A stretch of 64,000 nt of DNA from Octopus sinensis (Eukaryota): positions 112,282,001 through 112,346,000 of the forward strand of contig NC_042997.1 of assembly GCF_006345805.1 (NCBI RefSeq). Reading direction: 5' to 3'. This document shows positions 37,287 through 50,298 of the stretch, piece after piece. The notes below the pieces were generated by a model, which worked only from the letters and a program-made list of their open reading frames with translations, ran no database searches and was not told the DNA's origin. Position 1 is the stretch's first letter; every line of letters begins with the position of its first letter. The position numbers and the translations under genes are program-made.

Positions 37287-37706
37287 TTATGTACATTGGA
37301 TGGATATTTGTCCTCATCTTGATTGTTGTTAACACAATGTTTCGGCCAATATACCCTCCAGTCTTCATCAGGTGTCTTGGGGGAAATTTCTATCCTGGGT
37401 TCTCATTCCTAAGGTATTTTTAATGTTGTTGTTGTTATTATTATTATTATTATTATTCAGGTCACTGCTTGGAATCGAACTTGGCATCTTGAGGTTAGTA
37501 GTTTGCGCTCCTAACCACCTAATCATGTTTTTCCTCCTTTTCCCCAGTGACCTGAATAATAATAATAATAATAATATCAAAATATACTTTAGGAATGAGA
37601 ACCCAGATTCAAAATTTCCCCAAGACACCTGATGAAGACTGGAGGGTATATCAGCCATAACTTTGTGTTAACAAGATGAGGAGAAATATCTGTCAAATGT
37701 AAATAA
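37287..37706. mobile_element. Fold-back element: tRNA-headed unit on the minus strand plus inverted headless copy
   Basis: Arms 37287-37467 and 37545-37706; the spacer holds a minus-strand tRNA-like head (B box GTTCGATTCC at 37471-37480). Confidence 0.85.
37331..37376 (-). ncRNA. Minimal type I hammerhead ribozyme-like motif (decayed)
   Basis: GACAC-CUGAUGA-A-GACUGG..UUGGCC-GAAAC-AUU-GUGUU: conserved core, stem I GACAC/GUGUU, imperfect stem II. Confidence 0.6.
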
Positions 37707-39354
37707 CGCTTGGAACATCAAACAAGATGAATAATTTGGTAAAACAGGGAATAAAAGCTTATGAATTGGCTTTTATTAGGACAGCTGTGAAGTAGTGATG
37801 TTTAAGCTTATTTGAGAACTCAAAATGAAGGAGTTGCCCATTTTAGCAAGTGATTTTGGTCCCAAGCTTTTTTATAACAGCTACCTGAATCAAAGACAAT
37901 TTCCCTATCAAATAAGTTCCTGCTGATTGTACCTAGTTCCCAAAAGAAATTTCCACTTGTTTCACCTGATGATACTACTGGTACTATTGTTTATGCACAA
38001 TAGCATTGCTAAACTTGTATATATACTTTTGTAAAATGTCTTATCATCTCACAGTCAAGACATTCTCATCATCAGCACATTGCTTATGGACAAAGGTATT
38101 TTGCTCCTTCCTTATTAAAAACTGCATAAAAGTTGATTTCCCTGCAGCAGCAACATAAGGATTATGATTATTTATAACAATGCCACCCATAATACTAACA
38201 GTGGACTCTCCCAACTGAATTTGTAGAAATAGTATCCTGAAATGTAAAATTCTTCCCAGCTTTATAAACAAGGTGAAGCTATGGTAAACTGTCTTTCAGT
38301 TGGTTTCCCAGTTAAGTCCTCAACAAAAAACATTTTTGATAGCATCTTCTCCAAATCATATAGAAATTTACAATATTTCCTTATTTGTTTAAGAGAACTG
38401 ACAGAGTCATTAAAAGATTGTCTCGGTTATTGTTTCAATAAACATAGTCTTATTTGTTCACTGAGTATATTTTTACTGTTTGTGTATTTGGAATCAATGA
38501 AATTTTCAGCTCTTGACCAACACATAATGTTATCTTAGGTTTCCTCTTTTGTAATCTCTGCTCTAGTTTATTGTAGTCACTGACTGCTCTGTCTCCCAGA
38601 CTTAATAGAAATATATCCAATGTATAGTTTTCATCTGGTTTCATAAATCATCATCATCATCATTTAACATCTGCTTTCTATGTTGGCATTGGTAGGACAG
38701 TTTGACAGGGAACTGGCAGGCTACAGGACTGTATCATTCTCTAATGTCATCTTTGGCATGGCTTCTACAGCTGGATGCCCTTCCTAATGCCAATCACTTT
38801 ATAGAGTGTATTGGGTGGGTTTTTTTTGTGTGCCACTTGCATAGTAGAAAAAATAGAGAAGGAAAAAAGCTCCCATCATCATATTCGTTTAACATCCGTT
38901 TTCCATGCTGGCATGGGTTGCTAAGAAAATGTATTTGGGAGGGAAAGGTGGAGGTGAATGGCTGTATGCCAGGTGTTGAAAGGCAAAAGTACAGGTATAT
39001 TATCTTTCAGAGTAAGAGGGTTGATTCTGAAAGATAACATAGTTAATTAAAATATTTTTTTAAATAAAAAAATTGGTGTAATCTGTAATTTCAAGGAGTC
39101 AATATCCAATCATAGATACACTTCACACTTTAGAAGTTATTTCCTAATAAGTTGTCAAAGAACTTACATACTGGACTCTTATCTCACCTTATTCAACTGT
39201 TACTAATTAACTTCACAATTATAGAATAATTATAGACAATTATAGAATAACCAGTAGAAGTAGAACGAATAGGTTTTCTTCTCTAAATTGTTTCAAATAT
39301 CAGCAGTCTTAGTGAGAATATCATTCTTACCATTAAGCATTTTTACTTCTTTAA

Positions 39355-39965
39355 CCCTTTCATTACCAACCTGACTGAAACCGGCTCTGGTTCTGTAGTA
39401 CAAATGTCTTGTTTTCATAAGTTTTGAATTAAAATTTTCCTCCAAACCTTAGTCGCAATTTATGTTCCTAACACTAGGTGAATGATAACTAAGTTATTTT
39501 ACTAAATTCTTTGTTATATTTAGAGTAATTGAAAGAAATACAGAGCATCTCAAAATAAATATGGTAACAAAAGGGTTAAACCCCTTTGTACCATATTTCT
39601 GTTGAAATGAATAATTTTTATTTCAATTGGTTTTGAAAATAATGAAGAATTTAGTAAAATAATTTAGTCATTATTAAGCTGGTGTTTGGAACATGATTTA
39701 ATAAGAAATTTTAGTAGAAGGTTTTAATTTAGATCACTTTTAGCTTTTTGTTAGCACATTTCTGTTGAAATGCCCTGACTTTGTTTCAGTTAAGGTTGAA
39801 AACAATGAAAAATTTACTAAAATAACCTTATGGTTAAGCTGGTATTTGGAACATAAATTAGCAAGGAATTTTGATGGAAGGCTTGCTTTAATTTAGATCA
39901 CTTAAAGATAGGAAATCTGTATCATAGAACCGGGGGTGGTGTCAGGCAGGTTGGTACCAAAAGGG
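39355..39965. mobile_element. Cluster of three piggyBac-type MITEs
   Basis: Copy 1: TTAA-CCCTTT(39355)...AAAGGG(39575)-TTAA. Two opposite-orientation copies follow (39581-39740 partial; 39741-39965 ending AAAGGG-TTAA). Confidence 0.85.
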
Positions 39966-40789
39966 TTAACAGACGTGTTTCTGCAGATAATTCTCTATAA
40001 GACTAAGTTTAGAGAGCTGTTACTTCTTTTAGTAATAAGATGCTTTTTCTCTGCAAAAAAGCTTGCTGTATGAAATACACAAAGGAACTTTGATGGGGAA
40101 TTGTATACCTAAGATGTGTTGGGGCTGGAGAGAAATGAGTCAAGTATGATTCATTTGATGTGTAAAAGAAAACTAATGATGTTGCTATAGAGTTGTTGTG
40201 ATGAATTCTGGGCAGAAAAGTGTTACATGATGACAGTTGGAGGTGGTTGAGGAAAACATGGACATTATGAGATTAGAACTTGCATTGCCAGGATATACCT
40301 GGACTTGTATTTGGTTTGCAAGATTCTTGATGTGAATTTATGTTGAAACAAATCTTGTGTCTTGGGAGGCTCAGTATGCCAATAATAATAAACACACACA
40401 CTGGTTCAATATCACTTCTTTATTGTTAGTCAGTTCATTAAATATCTAACCAACTAACTAATCAATTGTTTGATTACTGTGTTTGTCAAAGTTCTTTCAT
40501 TGCTGTTCACAAATCATCTCAGTGACTTCGCCACTCTTTTCAAGGTGTTTTATTTGTATTATAAAGAATTCTGTGAACAATGGCATTGTTGCTTACAAGT
40601 TTCCAATGAACCAACAATTGGATCACTGCATTTACTACAGCTAGAATAAATGATAGCCTGATTACATGAATTTTAGTCACTTCCTTCTTGCCTTCATGAC
40701 ATAAAAGATCTGTAAAGATCATTTTTACTAATTAGAATATTAGTATTTGTCAAGTCCACCATGAGTCTCTTTGATTCCAGACCATGATT

Positions 40790-40980
40790 CTAGGTCTCAA
40801 GCTTTTCCTGTTACTCTTCCTTATTTCAGCAATGGGAGACAAGTCATCCTCTTATAGAAGTTTTTACCTGAGTCCGAATTCTGTGATTAAGGGTTTGCAG
40901 AACCAATGTGAAGAGTAAAGGGCTCAGAATGGAGCCTTAATGAATATCTACTACCACCTCAAATTCTTCACTGTATGTAT
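40790..40980 (-). mobile_element. Degraded RTE RT fragment
   Basis: YSEEFEVVVDIH*GSILSPLLFTLVLQ...LL*EDDL (QGS and YADD motifs decayed). Confidence 0.75.
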
Positions 40981-42114
40981 TATTGGTTTTTCTAAATCAA
41001 CAAAGTGAAGTGCTGCTATTTAATTTTGGTTAAATAATTTACATATTGCCTTATGGAATATGGAATTATTCTACAGTTCCTGCCTAAACTTCAAACTGAA
41101 CCATGTTCTTTAAATTTTCTCTCCTGACTTGCCTTACAATACTTCATTACCTATTAATGTCATTCCATTTGCGGATACCACTTCTTCTGCCACAGGAGTT
41201 ATTGGTAGCCCCTAAGTCAACCCTGACACCATCAAATCTATAATCAAAAACATTCCAGCCATGACCATTTCATCTTTTATTCAGAGATAATGTGTCAAGG
41301 ACTACATCATCCAATGTATCTCTTTGATGTTTTTTTGGTTTTTTTTTAATATGGTAGGGTGTTATTTGATGGAGATTTGGCTGCTATTTCTGACAGGTCG
41401 AATGATTGTGTGGAGGCTACTATGTTGACTCAGTTTCATAGATGTTAATAATGGTGGTGGTGCTGCTGCTGTCTTGCCGCTTCTTGAAACAGATGGCTTT
41501 TAGGGAGAATTTGGTTAAAACTATACATTTGACATATCTGAATAAATACTTAAAATCCAATAATTTTCCCCTAAATTGTATCTTGCTGGCTACCACACAC
41601 ACACACACATGCACTCATACACACACACACACACACACATGCACTCACACACACACACTCCTGCACATATTTTATTAAAATATTAATATTTTATTACAAT
41701 TGCTTCAATGCATTCTTGTTCTTCAAAGGCCAGACTTTTATAATTCTATAATGCCTTGAGTACTTCCAAAAGTTATGGTCTACTTGATCAGTGATTGCTT
41801 CCTATATATAATGAGTGTGTATGAGAGAGAGAGGTAGGGGATAAACAGAGATTATATACCTAAACTGTAGTTCTATTCAGTCAGTCCTTTAGTTGACTAA
41901 TGCACATCAGTGTTGTGGAAAGAAGACTTTCCTTTCCATCATACTCACTTGTAGAGTTCACCACCATTTTAACTTATCATCCATGTCCAACTCTGGTTTG
42001 TAATCCCAGTTATTTCACATAAATTAACATATATGAAGACTGTTCACTTTCAATATAAATTTTAGTGGATACTTTTGTGTTTTTGTACCATTTTTGCATA
42101 CTTGTATACATTTA

Positions 42115-42565
42115 TCATCATCATCATTGTTGTTGTTTTTATGTCCTTCTTTTTCTATGTTGGCATGGGTTAAATGTTCTAGCATATTTTCTACTAATGG
42201 ATGCTCTTCCTGTCACCAACACTTACCTATGTGATTTTTTTCTTTCCACTCTCCTCACACATAGAAAGTGATGGGCCATGGAAACATAAAGAATTTTGCT
42301 TACTGGGGACTGTAAATGAAGACATTGTTTTGTTCAGGTGTTATTATTGAGGACATGTGAAAACAATATTCTCTCTCTCTCTCTCTCACACACATACACA
42401 CACACCCAAGCTTATCAGTTTCTGTCTACCAATTCCATTCACAAAGGGTTGATCAGCCTAGGCCTATAATGGAAGACATTTGCCCAAGGTGTCACTCTAT
42501 GAGGTTGAACCTGAAACCATGTAGCTGAAAAGCAAACTTCATAACCACGTAGACATACCTGCACA
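42115..42565 (-). mobile_element. SINE type D, diverged
   Basis: Type A head at 42415-42565; RTE-like tail toward 42115. Confidence 0.65.
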
Positions 42566-43407
42566 CACACCTATTAACTTGTATGTCATACTTAATGCAG
42601 ATACATCATGGAAAGCCAAATTTAATGCTGTATTTGTTCAGAGATATATTTTCTTAAAGACATACACTGTTAAATAGCTGCAAAGTGGTTGGAGTTAGGA
42701 AGGGCATCCAGTCATAGAAACCATGCCAAAGCAGATATTAGAGCACAATGCAATCTTCAGGCCTGTCTGATTCCATCGAATTGTCCAGCACAAACCATCA
42801 TGGAACATGGGCATTAAAATGATGATGATGATTACTGTATATTCATGTAGGAGAATGTGAGAATCACACATAGATTGCTGTTGTGGAATAGCCAAGCAAA
42901 GATCTGTAAAATTATTGAGGGGCTGACAACACTGTACCACTTAGCCAATACTGGATTCAATTTTCAGACCATCGATTGATATCATCCCTGCTCATTACCA
43001 AATTGTGATGAGGTCATCCATATTAATGTATGGTTTTAGTTTTAGTCTTTATTCCTATTATAACTTACATTTGTTTGTTGATGATCATTAATAAATTACA
43101 TTAATATATTTTAGTTCCATTCTGGTTCGTTTTGTTGCTGCTCGTCTGTGAAACTGCAACATTTGAAGTCTTTACTCATAACATTGGTAACGTTTCGTTA
43201 TGTAGTTTACACGTTATAGTTAGTATTTGTTTAATTCCAGATCTGTCCTTCTTGAGCAAGTCTATGATCAAAGATGTTCCAGCTGTGATCATCTCATCTA
43301 TATGTATATATTTTTTTGAGACATTGAATATCAATTGTCCTGTTATTAATATGCTAAATTGTGATTAGGTCAAGAAGGCCTTTGTAAGTTTGGAATTGTA
43401 GTAGTAT

Positions 43408-43845
43408 AGGTACAGGTGTGGTTGTGTGGTTAAGATGTTTGCTTCTCAATCTCATGGCTTTGGATTCAGTCCCACTGTGTGGTATCTTATACAAGTGTCT
43501 TTTACTACACCCCTGGCCAACCAAAGCCTTGTGAATGGATTTGGTAGACAGAAACTGAAAAAAGCCCATTGTGTGTGTGTGCTTGCAACTCCTTATCCTG
43601 GCATCACAAAATACTCTTGAGCATCAGTTAGACAAGCAGTGTCAATCATTTCCAATAATTTGGGAAAAAAAAAACAAAAAGCAAAAGGAAAAATGGATTA
43701 TAGGGAGATATTACTTTGCTTGGAAACAGGTGAAGGTTGGCAACAGGAAAGGTATCCAGTAGCAGAAAATCTGCCATCAACACAACTCTTTCTGGCCCAT
43801 GCAAGCATGGAAAAGTGGATGGTTAAACGATGACAATAATGATAA
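43408..43845 (+). mobile_element. SINE type D (type A head + RTE-like tail)
   Basis: GGTGTGGTTGTGTGGTTAAG head; tail GGAAACAGGTGAAGGTTGGCAACAGGAAAGG...CCATGCAAGCATGGAAAAGTGGA. Confidence 0.8.
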
Positions 43846-45120
43846 TGGTGTTAGTTTAGCTGGAGGTCAGCTCTGAACAAGTGGACGTATGATTGAAAGA
43901 CATTCCTGTTGTATTCATCTTGTTTTACTTTTTCAGAAACTGTAAAAGAGAAAAATGCAAATGGAATATATAATTTCATAATTTAATTGAGTTAATTAAT
44001 TGTTACCTTGCTGTTAATTATTGACTCAAGATTCTTTAGATTAGTGAAATGAAAAAGTACAGAAAATTATATTTTATAAATTTATATTTTACTGGGAAAA
44101 TGTTTCATAGTAGCAAGAATTATAATGAACCATTGTATAATTTGATCCATAAACCTTCTCTTTATAACTGGGAAAGAGGATTTGTACTAAAAAATTAAGT
44201 TTACAAAAATAATTAAATTTATCTATTATCTTACTCGTTACTTCTCTAATTAGCAAAATGAATATTTTCATTTTAATTGAACTTCTTTCTTTGGCTTCAA
44301 GAGTTTAGTGTGTGTGTTGTTGTTGTTGTCATAAGAATTTATAAACTTTGGGAGACCATAAAATAATTCTTTTTTGGAATGTTGGATCTCGAAGCAGATA
44401 AGCTATAAATAAAAGTTGTGTTAAAAACCCTTTGACTTTTTCTATCTAAAGAATTTTTAAACCCAATATTTGCAGACTATTATTTGTAGCTTACTTGCTT
44501 CAAGGTCCAGTGTTCCAAAAAGGATTATATCATGGACAGATGAGAGTCATCGGCTATGGGTGGTGGAAGTGCCAGATCCCATGATTTCACTCTGCTATGG
44601 GTTCCTCAATGACAGATGTCCGGCAGTACAATAACAGCTGAATCTCCTGTCAACGATATAAATCTCAGTGTCTATTCGGGCTCTGGTGCCACAAATAGCG
44701 ATTGAGTTTATTAAAATATAATTAATAGTGACAGTAGCAGTATTAATAGCAAAAGGTAATCCTGATCTCTAGCTTAACATCAAACCAGAGATCCCACCCA
44801 AATGCTTGCAACAGAGTGGACCCCACTAAACCACCTAAAGATCAGGTGATGATATCAATGAGATGTTGGAAAATGAAGGACTGACACACACTGAAAGTCT
44901 CAGTAATGGTAAAAATATGTAAATGGAGATCTTCATTTTGATGATGAATATGTAGTTAGGTGGTTTATAATGCTTAATAATTAAGTAAGCAGTTGTGTTA
45001 ATAGACAAGAATAACCACACAATAGATATGTTTCCATACATTTATTATGTTAAACAGTATATGACAAACATACAAAGAATATTTATATCATTAAAAAACA
45101 TTTCTGTAAGGATGTAGGTA

Positions 45121-45338
45121 CAGTAATCTCTCAACTATCGTGAGTGTTACGTTCGAAAACCCCCCATGAGAAGTGAAAATCCGCAAAGTAGAAACAATAT
45201 TGTACTGTATATTTTTAAAATTATTTTTATGATTTGTATATATTTTATTATAAATACAAAACAACACCATGGAGGAATCGATGTGAGCTTAAATAATAAA
45301 CCGCAATAGGTGAACCGTGATATAGCAAGGGATTACTG
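45121..45338. mobile_element. pogo/Tigger-like MITE (Tc1/mariner superfamily)
   Basis: TA-CAGTAATCTCTCAACTATC ... GATATAGCAAGGGATTACTG TIRs; the right TSD reads TC. Confidence 0.75.
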
Positions 45339-46310
45339 TCGTGCTTAAAGCTTTACAATATGGAAGATAAAGAGAATGTTCTTGTTAAATATGTTCTGTG
45401 ACATGTGTCTGTTATTATAAAAAAAATAAAGGAAAAAGAAGATAATTATTTATGTATGTATATGTGTATGTCAACACATTTAAATAGAAAGATAATTACC
45501 TTTGTTGAACATTGTATACAATGTATGTTATGTAAGGACAAGCAGCAAAGTTTGGAATTTGAGTTGGATCTGGTGTGGGGTTCAAATCAACAGCATTTCA
45601 TAACCTTGGGCAAGACTTTCTAGAACCTTCAAATTACAGTTTGGCAGAAAGCATACACATCTCTCCTTTAACATTTTCTGTCCTTAGTTGATACATACTG
45701 GCCAGTGCTGATTGACTAGTAAATGCGAGTGTTCCGTCCTCTCAAAGAGCTGGTCATGCCCTTTATGGGAATGTAAGTAGATTGTAGTTCTAAACAGGAA
45801 ATCTGAGTGGAGTGGTTCAAATCTTGGCCAAAGCCTCATCATCATTTAATGTTTGTTGTCCATGCTGGCATGGGTTGGACAGAGCACTAGTTTTTCAATG
45901 AACTACAATACTTACTCATTGTAACAGCATGTAAGTGGCTGCAGCTTGACACAGTGTATGACAAGGCTGGCCCTTCAAATTACAAGTACAATCAATTTGA
46001 GAGGCTTCACACAGTTTCACTCAGTATTATGGTACTTAACCATAACTGCATCTTTAAAAGACATCCTAAAGATCAGTTGATGGGAAGTGTTTTGTAGAGT
46101 GACCTTTTCCCATTTTGCTCTCATTTTCTTATGACTGACACAAATTTAAAACAGCAATGACTCTACTTGATGAGGAAATGCAATCTACAGGAGGAGTATG
46201 TGGCCCCTGTCAATATTAAGCTCTTGAAAGGTCAAAAAATGAAGGCCTGAATTGGAACCTGGCCATGATAATAAATAATAAAAATGTGTGCTTTTATTCT
46301 ACAATGATCT

Positions 46311-46534
46311 TCAATCCTTTTGATAATAACCAGCCTGAGATTACTCCGGGTTCTTTCATACAAGCTTCTTGTTTTAAAGTGATCTCAATTAAAACTTGCC
46401 ATCAAAATCTCATGTTAATTTATGTTCTAAATGCCAGCTTAATTATGATAAAATTATTTCACCAATTTCTTCATTATTTTCAAAATTAATTGAAACAAAG
46501 GCTGTGTATTTCAATAAAAATACTAAAGGGTTAA
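46311..46534. mobile_element. piggyBac-type MITE
   Basis: Same internal sequence as 39355-39575; ends AAAGGG-TTAA. Confidence 0.75.
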
Positions 46535-46875
46535 AGCGAAACTTCTTTGAGATATTTTATGTAGTTATAATAATATCATATAAGACTTCATTTAATTAAT
46601 ATTCTTTAATAATTAATGTAGTAATTATTTAAGATCTTAAAATATCTTCATTAATCAATAAATTGAAAATGTGGTACATTCTGTATGTTCCTTCATGTAG
46701 ATAGGATCTCAGTATTAATTAATTCCTGTTCACTATAAACCATTTCAGTTGGTTTTTAAAACGTAAGCAATACTGAACACATTTTACGGTTGGCATCAGA
46801 AACTATGCAAATAAGTCTTTATTAAAGATGTGTCTTGTAATGAATTCAGCTATAAATAATAGCTTATAATATATT

Positions 46876-47319
46876 GGTGGCAAGCTGGCAGAATCGATGC
46901 TGCACTGGGCAGAATGCTTAACAGCATTTCATTTGTCTTTACATTCTGTGTTCAAATTACACTGAGGTTGACTTTTTTGTTTTTCATCCTTTTGTGGTTG
47001 TTCAAATAAGTACCTGTTGAGTACTGGGGTTGATGTAATAGATTTAACCCCTCCCCTAGAATGACTGACCTTGTGCCAGAATTTGAAACTAATATATTCC
47101 TTTCTACTAAAGGCACACGGCCAGAAATTTTGGGGTAGGGGTCCAGTCAATTACATTGCCCCCCCCCCCAATGCTTAACTAGTACTTATTTCATGAACCC
47201 CGAAAGGATGAAAGGCAAAGTTGATCTCAGCAGAATTTGAACTCAGAGCATAGTGGCAGACAAAATGCCACTAAGCACTTTGCCTGGCGTGCTAACAATT
47301 CTGCCAGCTTGCTTCCTCC
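46876..47319. mobile_element. Nested SINE type B pair (plus 46876-47098, minus 47099-47319)
   Basis: 17-bp TSD TTTGAAACTAATATATT (47082-47098 and 47320-47336); outer TSD TAATATATTGG (46867-46877 and 47328-47338). Confidence 0.88.
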
Positions 47320-48321
47320 TTTGAAACTAATATATTGGCTTCAAAATAAATCCTTGGATGGAAAACTTCGATATTAGAGTATATTAAAATCATTATTATC
47401 ATTATTAAAGACATTACCAGCCTCTTGTATTTAGTCAAGAGGCTACTTTAGTGTAATTTGTAGCACATATGTCTAGTTTATAGATGTTCAAGTCCCACGG
47501 GAAGCTTTTTGACTTTTTTTTCCACCCAAGAGGTTTTTAATCCACTTTATTATTATAAGCTGTTATTTATAACTGAATTCACTTAAAGACACATCATTAA
47601 TAAAGAGTTGTTTTCAGTGGGTAAGAATATGTCAATAAAGCATAAAATAGATGCAGACCAAATGAGTGCTTGGTCCAGATTGAATTTCTTAGATCCAGCA
47701 CCTTAATGATGGGAGACATAATCCAGTTAAACAAAGTAGGAAACACACTGGTCAAGCTAATAAAAATAAAGATAAAATTAAAGATAGACAAATAGTGTTT
47801 AAGGCATCAAAGCATTTATAAATAAATTACACAAATATAAAGCAGGAAGATAATCCGTGGTGGAACTTCATAAATAGGTTCATTTACATATTTCTCAATC
47901 TTTCGACATTGGTCTTCTTGGTATCTCTATATTTGATACATTTACTTATCAATAGTTCATTTTCAGCTAACCAACTCTGTTTTCTTCATTTTCTCATAAA
48001 TTCTACTATTTCAGTTTGGTATTTGAAATCTATTTTATTGTATACTATCAGATGAATTTTTATGATGTAACCTTAGAAATGCAAAGTTTGTTCAGAATTA
48101 CATTAGAGTTTTATTGTTCTATATATTTGATACTTTGGAAAGACAGCAATGCATAATTGTTTTGCATTTTGATTTAGTCTTGCATTCTGTGTGTGTGTAT
48201 GTGTGTGTGTGAAAGAGAGAGAGATGGAGAGTATTTTGCAATATTGTATTTTTAGATTAGAAATGTGTAAGCACTTTGATCCAAAAGTGTAAGAATAGTT
48301 TTAAGAGTAGAGATAAAACTT

Positions 48322-48877
48322 CATTATTTTAACATCCACTTTTCCATGCTTGTATGGCTGGACTGAATTTATTGAGGCAGATTTTATACGACCAGCTGTT
48401 TTTCCTGCTGGCAATCCTGACTGGTTTCCCTTGCCCAGACGTGTTTTTGCAGAATATGGAAACGAAGGACACTCAAGGACTATCACACAATGTCAAGAGA
48501 AGACCACACACACTCATACACACATGTACACTCACACCCATATATACATAAATGTACATGCGATGATCTTCTTTCAGTTTTTGTCTACCGAATCCACTTC
48601 CAAGGCTTTGTTTGGCCTGGGGCTATAGTAGAAGACTGCCACCCAAAATATCATGCAGTGAGACTGGGCCCAAAGTGCCATGTGGCTGAGAAGCAATTTC
48701 TTAACCACCACCCACTACACTCTCAGAGTGGTTGACGTTAGGAAGGGCATCCAGCTGTAGAAACACTACCAGATCAGATTGGGGCCTGATGCAGACTCCT
48801 GGCTTCCCAGACCCCAGTTGAACCGTCCAGCCCATGCCAGCATGGAAAACAGACGTTAAACGATGATGATGATGATG
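48322..48877. mobile_element. SINE type D (minus, 48322-48710) abutting an RTE 3' end (plus, 48710-48877)
   Basis: Family motifs as above. Confidence 0.8.
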
Positions 48878-49246
48878 GCCATGCCTGCACCTGTTTAGAT
48901 AAAACTTTAATACTAAAATGTATTAAAGTCATTATCATAAGTACAGGCATTTTAATCACTTTTCATCACCAGTTTATTGTCTTTAGTTATTGATCTCATG
49001 ATCTGTAACTCCTTTTCAATTTCATTGCTCATAATCAACAATATCTGATAATGCATTTTATCTAAAATTTAAGGAGTCTTAGCTTGGGTTGCCTTCCTGA
49101 TTTACTGGTCCCTTTTATTATCTTTATTCTTTAATTTAGAAGAAAATTGTAATGAAACGAAATTGGTTTTCAGGAGTTTCAGTAAAATTTGACAATACAG
49201 TCATATTTTATTTGCATATCTAGAGTCTATATCTGTCTGTCTATCT

Positions 49247-49965
49247 ATCATCATCATCATCTCCATTCAACATCCACTATTTTATGTGTGCATGGCTCAG
49301 ACAGAATTTAAAGCAGATTTTCTACAACCAGATGCCCTTCCTGTCACTGACCCTCACCTGCTTCCCAAGCATAGATCACAAAATATCTATTGATATATGA
49401 GGATAAACATATACACACACACATACAACAGGCTTCTTTCAGTTTCCATTTACCATATTCACATATAGAAGGCAGATGCCATGCAATGGGACTGAACCCA
49501 AGATCACATGATTGGAAAGCAAGCTTCTTAACTACATGATCATGTCTACCTGTAGCCACATCCATGCTTCTATATATAGAGACATAACCATGTGGTTAAG
49601 AAATTTGCTTCGCAATCACATCGTTTTAGGTTCTGTCCCACTGTGTGTCACCTTGGGCAAGTATCTTTTACTATAGTTCTGGGCCGACCAAAGCTTTGTG
49701 AGTGTGTGTATGTAGTTGATGTTTGTGTGTAGTTGATGTTTGTGTGTCTGTGTTTGTAGGTCTTCAAATCACATGACAGTGGTAAATGGTTGTCACTCTT
49801 GTTCATTCCCAATATTCTGTGAAACATGTCTAACCCTGGGGAAATATAACCTTGCTTGGAAACAGGTGAGGGTTGGCAACAGGAAAGGCATCTGACTGTA
49901 GAAAATCTACATCAGTGAATCCTGTCTGATCCATGAAAGCATGGAAAAGTGACATTAAAACAGTG

Positions 49966-49968
<3 letters not shown>
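49247..49968. mobile_element. Two SINE type D copies head-to-head (minus 49247-49555, plus 49580-49968)
   Basis: Type A heads facing outward, RTE-like tails distal. Confidence 0.75.
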
Positions 49969-50009
<41 letters not shown>

Positions 50010-50083
50010 TGTATGATAAATATGTGTTTGTATATGTACAATTTGTTTCATTACTTTCTTCTTATCATCATCATTCAACAGCA

Positions 50084-50298
50084 AGGTAGTGAGCTGGCTT
50101 AAATGTTACCACTTTGGGCAAAATGCTTAGCAGCATTTAGTCTGTCTCTAGGTTCTGAGTTCAAATTCTGCTGAGGTTGACTTTACCTTTCATCCTTCTG
50201 GGGTGGATAAAATATATACCAGTTGAGTACTGGAATCAATGGAATCGACTTACCCCGTCCCCCGAAATTGCTGGCCTTGTACCAAAATTTGAAACTAT
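50084..50298 (+). mobile_element. SINE type B
   Basis: GAGCTGGC, TTCTGAGTTCAAATTC, CCTTTCATCCTT...GATAAAA, GGCCTTGTACCAAAATTTGAAAC. Confidence 0.85.

Larger units (their letters stand above)
33240..38640 (-). mobile_element. Scattered remnants of an ancient Gypsy-type LTR retrotransposon (gag-RT-RNaseH-IN)
   Basis: Minus-strand fragments in colinear order: gag-like SFNDSVSSLKQIRKYCKFLYDLEKML (~38340-38430), RT-like WVSAVA and IADFR (~36390-36480), RNase H-like segment (~35160-35250), integrase-like KHVWLPKIDPLI (~33490-33530). Very decayed. Confidence 0.45.

Noticed and set aside
37460-37530. Functional tRNA gene (also the heads at 17110 and 26117)
   Set aside because: No complete cloverleaf or acceptor stem; joined to repeat bodies, so SINE heads.
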